The notes below the pieces were generated by a model that ran no database searches, was not told the DNA's origin, and was given only the letters and a program-made list of their open reading frames with translations. The position numbers were made by a program, and so were the translations under genes. DNA of 50,768 bases from Gemmatimonadales bacterium (GTDB lineage Bacteria; Gemmatimonadota; Gemmatimonadetes; Gemmatimonadales; GWC2-71-9): contig JBBQFH010000023.1 in assembly GCA_038321865.1 (NCBI GenBank), positions 1-50,768 on the forward strand. Direction: 5' to 3'. The first letter of the stretch is position 1. The number at the start of each line of letters is the position of its first letter. This document shows, piece by piece, positions 47,154-50,768 of this stretch.

Positions 47154-48785
47154 GTGGAACGTCGAGATTTCCTGCAGCTCACCGGTCTCGCCGCGGGCGC
47201 CATCGCGCTCCCGTTCGGAGGGCGCGATCCCGGCATCTTGCTGGGCGCCCTCACCCCCGTGCCCGGCGCCGACAAGAAGGCCCTGGCCGATGCGGCGCTC
47301 AATGCCGCACGCGGCGGCGGCGCCACCTACGCCGACGTCCGGATCGCCCGGAACCTGACGGAGTTCGTCAGTGCCCGCGAGCGGAAGATCCAGGGCGTCG
47401 GCGGCAACGAATCCTACGGCGCCGGCGTGCGCGTGATCGCCGGCGGCACCTGGGGGTTCGCGGCCACGAACGTGGTGACCCCCGATGGCCTCGCCGCGGC
47501 GGCGCGGAATGCGGTCGCCATCGCCAAGGCCAATTCGAGGATTCAGACCGAGCCGGTGCAGCTCGCACCACAGAAGGGATACGGCGTCGTCAGCTGGAAG
47601 ACGCCGATCGAGAAGAACGGCTTCGACGTGCCGATCGCCGAGAAGGTCGACCTGCTGATGGCCGTCAACGACGCGGCGCTCAAGGCGGGTGCCAATTTCG
47701 TCAACTCCCGGATCTTTCTGGTGAACGAGCAGAAGTACTTCGCGTCCACCGACGGCAGCTACATCGATCAGGACATCCACCGGATCTTCCCCGGGTTCAG
47801 CGTCACCGTGATCGACAAGGCCAGCGGCAAGTTTGAAAACCGCGGATCGCTCAGCTCGCCGATGGGCATGGGATACGAGTACCTGTCGGGCCGGCCGGCG
47901 GGAAAGTTCAGCGGCCCGGGAACCACGAAGTACGGGACCTACTACGACATGCTGGAGGACGTCCAGCTCGCGCCGGCGCAGGCGAAGGAGAAGCTCGCCG
48001 CCAAGTCGGTGCTCGCCGGCAAGTACGACCTCGTCCTCGACCCCTCACATCTCTGGCTCACGATCCACGAATCGGCCGGCCACCCGACCGAGCTCGACCG
48101 CGTGCTCGGCTACGAGGCGAATTACGCCGGCACCAGCTTCCTCACCCTCGACAAGTGGCAGAGCAAGACCTTCGCCTACGGCAGCCCGCGGGTCACGATC
48201 GTGGGCGACAAGACGCAGCCGCACTCGCTCGGAGCGGTCGGGTATGACGACGAGGGGGTGAAGACGAAGGAGTGGACGCTGATCCGGGACGGCATCCTGG
48301 TCGACTACCAGAAGACGCGCGACCAGGCCCACATTCTCGGTCAGAATGCCTCGGACGGCTGTTCGTACGCCCAGAGCTGGGCCGACGTGCAGTTCCAGCG
48401 GATGCCGAATGTGTCGCTCCGGCCAGGCAAGGCACCGCTGACGCCGGCGCAGATGATCGCCGGGGTGGACAAGGGGATCTACATCATCGGCGACGGCTCG
48501 TTCTCCATCGACCAGCAGCGCTACAACTTCCAGTTCAGCGGCAAGCTCTTCTACGAGATCAAGGGCGGCAAGATCGTGGGCATGCTGCGGGACGTGGCCT
48601 ACCAGGCCAACACCCGCGAGTTCTGGAACTCCTGCGCGCAGGTCTGCGATCAGCGCGACTACCGCCTCGGCGGCGCGTTCAACGACGGCAAGGGGGAGCC
48701 GGGGCAATCGAGCGCCGTCTCCCACGGCTCCTCCACCGCCCGGTTCAACGGCGTCAACGTGCTCAACACCGCGAGGAAGATCTGA
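47154..48785 (+). CDS. tldD: TldD-family metalloprotease with twin-arginine-like leader
   Basis: GTG start with GGAG SD. ERRDFLQ leader, YADVRI, G.GVRV...G.WGFA, HESAGH (HExxGH), YDDEG and QRMPNV. Confidence 0.9.
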   Translation: MERRDFLQLTGLAAGAIALPFGGRDPGILLGALTPVPGADKKALADAALNAARGGGATYADVRIARNLTEFVSARERKIQGVGGNESYGAGVRVIAGGTWGFAATNVVTPDGLAAAARNAVAIAKANSRIQTEPVQLAPQKGYGVVSWKTPIEKNGFDVPIAEKVDLLMAVNDAALKAGANFVNSRIFLVNEQKYFASTDGSYIDQDIHRIFPGFSVTVIDKASGKFENRGSLSSPMGMGYEYLSGRPAGKFSGPGTTKYGTYYDMLEDVQLAPAQAKEKLAAKSVLAGKYDLVLDPSHLWLTIHESAGHPTELDRVLGYEANYAGTSFLTLDKWQSKTFAYGSPRVTIVGDKTQPHSLGAVGYDDEGVKTKEWTLIRDGILVDYQKTRDQAHILGQNASDGCSYAQSWADVQFQRMPNVSLRPGKAPLTPAQMIAGVDKGIYIIGDGSFSIDQQRYNFQFSGKLFYEIKGGKIVGMLRDVAYQANTREFWNSCAQVCDQRDYRLGGAFNDGKGEPGQSSAVSHGSSTARFNGVNVLNTARKI

Positions 48786-50116
48786 TGCCCGGTCTGACGG
48801 AAGCCCAGGCGCGCGAGATCCTGGAAAAGGTCATCAAGCTGTCCAAGGCCGAGAGCTGCGAGGCGAGCCTGGGTGGCGGCTCCAGCGGGAACATCCGCTT
48901 TGCCCGCAATACGGTCACCACCAGTGGCGAAACCGAAAACATGGGGCTGTCGGTGCGCTCGAACTTCGGCAAGCGCTCGGGCAGCACCTCGATCAACCAG
49001 TTCGACGATGCGACGGTCGAGCGCGCCGTCCGGCGCTCCGAAGAGCTGGCCCGCCTGGCACCGGAGGACCCGGAAGCCATGCCGCCGCTGGGCGCGCAGC
49101 AGTACACGCCAACGCCCTCCTACGTCGAGGCCACGGCCAACGTCTCGCCGGAGTACCGGGCGCAGCTGGCCGGCGTGAGCATCGCGGCGTCGAAGGCGAA
49201 GGATTGCGTCGCCGCCGGCTTCCTGGAGGACGGCGCCACCTGGTCCGCCCGGATGAATTCGGCCGGGCTCTTCGGATACACCCGGTCGACCCGGATGACC
49301 TACACGATGACGGCGCGCACACCCGACGGGACCGGTTCGGGGTGGGCAGGCCAGGATGCCAACGACGTCGCCCGGATCGACGGCGCCGCGACGGCGCGCA
49401 TCGCGGTCGAGAAGGCGGCGGCCAGCCGCGACGCCCGCGCCATCGAGCCGGGCAAGTACACCGTCGTGCTCGAGCCGGCCGCATCGATCGAGCTGATTCA
49501 GAATGTGCTCAACGTGGATGCCCGCAACGCGGACGAGGGACGGAGCTTCCTGTCGAAAACCGGCGGCGGCACGCGGCTGGGCGAGAAGCTGATGGATGAG
49601 CGCGTGCACATCTATTCCGACCCTACCAATGCCGAAGTGCCCTCATCGCCGTGGGCGGGAGATGGCCGGCCGTCGCAGCGCACGGTCTGGATCGACAAGG
49701 GCGCCTACCAGAACCTCTCGTACTCGCGCTACTGGGCCGACAAGCAGGGAAAGCCCGCACTTCCGGGGCCGTCCAACTTCATCATGGAGGGCGGTACCGC
49801 CTCGCTCGAGGAGCTGATCCGTGGCACCAGCCGGGGCCTGCTGGTCACGCGCACCTGGTACATCCGGGGGCTGGATCCGCAAACGCTCCTCTTCACCGGG
49901 CTGACCCGGGACGGGACGTTCTACATCGAGGATGGGCAGATCAAGTACGCGGTGAAGAACATGCGATTCAACGAATCGCCGATCATCATGCTGAACAATC
50001 TCGATGCGCTGGGCCGGCCGGTGCGGGTCCGGACCGACGAGACCGGGCAGCCGTCGCTGATTCCGCCGATGCGCATCCGGGACTTCAACTTTTCGAGCCT
50101 GTCCGACGCGGTGTAA
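48785..50116 (+). CDS. TldE/PmbA-family partner subunit
   Basis: TGATG overlap with tldD. RFARN, EPGKYTVVLEP, TGLTRDG and RFNESP motifs. No HExxH. Confidence 0.88.
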   Translation: MPGLTEAQAREILEKVIKLSKAESCEASLGGGSSGNIRFARNTVTTSGETENMGLSVRSNFGKRSGSTSINQFDDATVERAVRRSEELARLAPEDPEAMPPLGAQQYTPTPSYVEATANVSPEYRAQLAGVSIAASKAKDCVAAGFLEDGATWSARMNSAGLFGYTRSTRMTYTMTARTPDGTGSGWAGQDANDVARIDGAATARIAVEKAAASRDARAIEPGKYTVVLEPAASIELIQNVLNVDARNADEGRSFLSKTGGGTRLGEKLMDERVHIYSDPTNAEVPSSPWAGDGRPSQRTVWIDKGAYQNLSYSRYWADKQGKPALPGPSNFIMEGGTASLEELIRGTSRGLLVTRTWYIRGLDPQTLLFTGLTRDGTFYIEDGQIKYAVKNMRFNESPIIMLNNLDALGRPVRVRTDETGQPSLIPPMRIRDFNFSSLSDAV

Positions 50117-50170
50117 CGGCGGCGCCTCGCCGCCCGTGCACCTCGACCTCTCGCCAGCGGGAGAACACCT

Positions 50171-50768
50171 GTGGAACGACGCGACTTTCTGCAATACACC
50201 AGCCTCGCCGCGGGCGCCATCGCCCTCCGTGGCCGGCGGGTCCATGACTTCGCCGGCTCGCTGACGCCGATCCCGTCCGGCGATCAGAAGTCACTCGCCG
50301 ATGCCGCGCTCGGTGCCGCCCGCACGGCCGGCGCCACCTATGCCGACGTGCGCATCGGCCGCTACCTGAATCAGTTCGTCAACGCCCGCGACACCAAGAT
50401 CCAGAATACGACGAGCACCGAGTCCTACGGCGCCGGCGTCCGCGTCATCGCCAACGGCACCTGGGGCTTTGCCGCCACCAACGACGTGACGACCGACGGG
50501 CTGGCCCGGGCCGCGCGGGATGCGGTGTCGATCGCGAAGGCCAACTCACGGGTGCAGACGGAACCGGTGCGCCTCGCGCCGGTCGTCAGCCCGGGCACGG
50601 TGAGCTGGAAGACGCCGATCGAGAAGAACGCGCTGGCGGTGCCGCTCACCGAGAAAGCCGAGCTGCTCAGGGCGGTCGGAGCGGCCGCCCTCAAGGCGGG
50701 TGCCAACTACATCGACTCCGGCCTCTTCCTGGTGAACGAGCAGAAATACTTCGCGTCCACCGACGGCA
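50171..50768 (+). CDS. tldD: Second TldD-family protein, truncated by the window end (absent from the ORF track)
   Basis: Own translation from GTG 50171: VERRDFLQYTSLAAGAIAL...GATYADVRIG...ESYGAGVRVIANGTWGFAATN...SWKTPIEKN...FLVNEQKYFASTDG. Closely parallels the first tldD. Confidence 0.9.
   Translation, partial: MERRDFLQYTSLAAGAIALRGRRVHDFAGSLTPIPSGDQKSLADAALGAARTAGATYADVRIGRYLNQFVNARDTKIQNTTSTESYGAGVRVIANGTWGFAATNDVTTDGLARAARDAVSIAKANSRVQTEPVRLAPVVSPGTVSWKTPIEKNALAVPLTEKAELLRAVGAAALKAGANYIDSGLFLVNEQKYFASTDG

Noticed and set aside
1..50768. Mobile elements, prophage, defence systems, tRNA/rRNA, named riboswitches
   Set aside because: No transposase, integrase, phage or cas motifs, no obvious compositional island and no recognisable RNA gene. 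A covariance-model search would be needed to exclude small ncRNAs.

Overview
Very GC-rich bacterial chromosomal segment that is almost entirely coding. The gene repertoire and protein style suggest Gemmatimonadota, which is an inference only. No rRNA, tRNA, CRISPR array, IS element or phage genes were recognised. In order, the window holds: the 3' half of cyanophycin synthetase cphA coupled to a CphA-like protein lacking the ATP-grasp domain; lipid/envelope genes (CFA-type methyltransferase, HSL-family esterase, acyltransferase, YcbB-type L,D-transpeptidase, O-antigen-ligase-like protein); a DUF1015-serA-serC-sseA operon; a glycogen debranching enzyme; sufE, a Vgb-like propeller and a short Rho; a csp-rpsU-desaturase operon behind a near-consensus sigma70 promoter; a MATE pump; a GH63-like/ROK/DUF4342 operon; a 29-aa-repeat secreted protein; PBP1A; DUF937; a frameshifted membrane-protein remnant; an imuA-imuB-dnaE2 cassette with a candidate LexA box; a sensor kinase lacking its phospho-His; a MacAB-type ABC exporter; two tandem His/Cys-motif lipoproteins; and tldD-tldE-tldD with twin-arginine leaders. 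The best leads are the M-domain-only CphA partner, DUF1015 as a SerB substitute, the His-to-Asp pseudokinase, Tat-type TldD, and a recurring pattern of leaderless starts, 11-codon uORFs and non-canonical start codons. All family assignments come from motifs recognised by eye, not from database searches.
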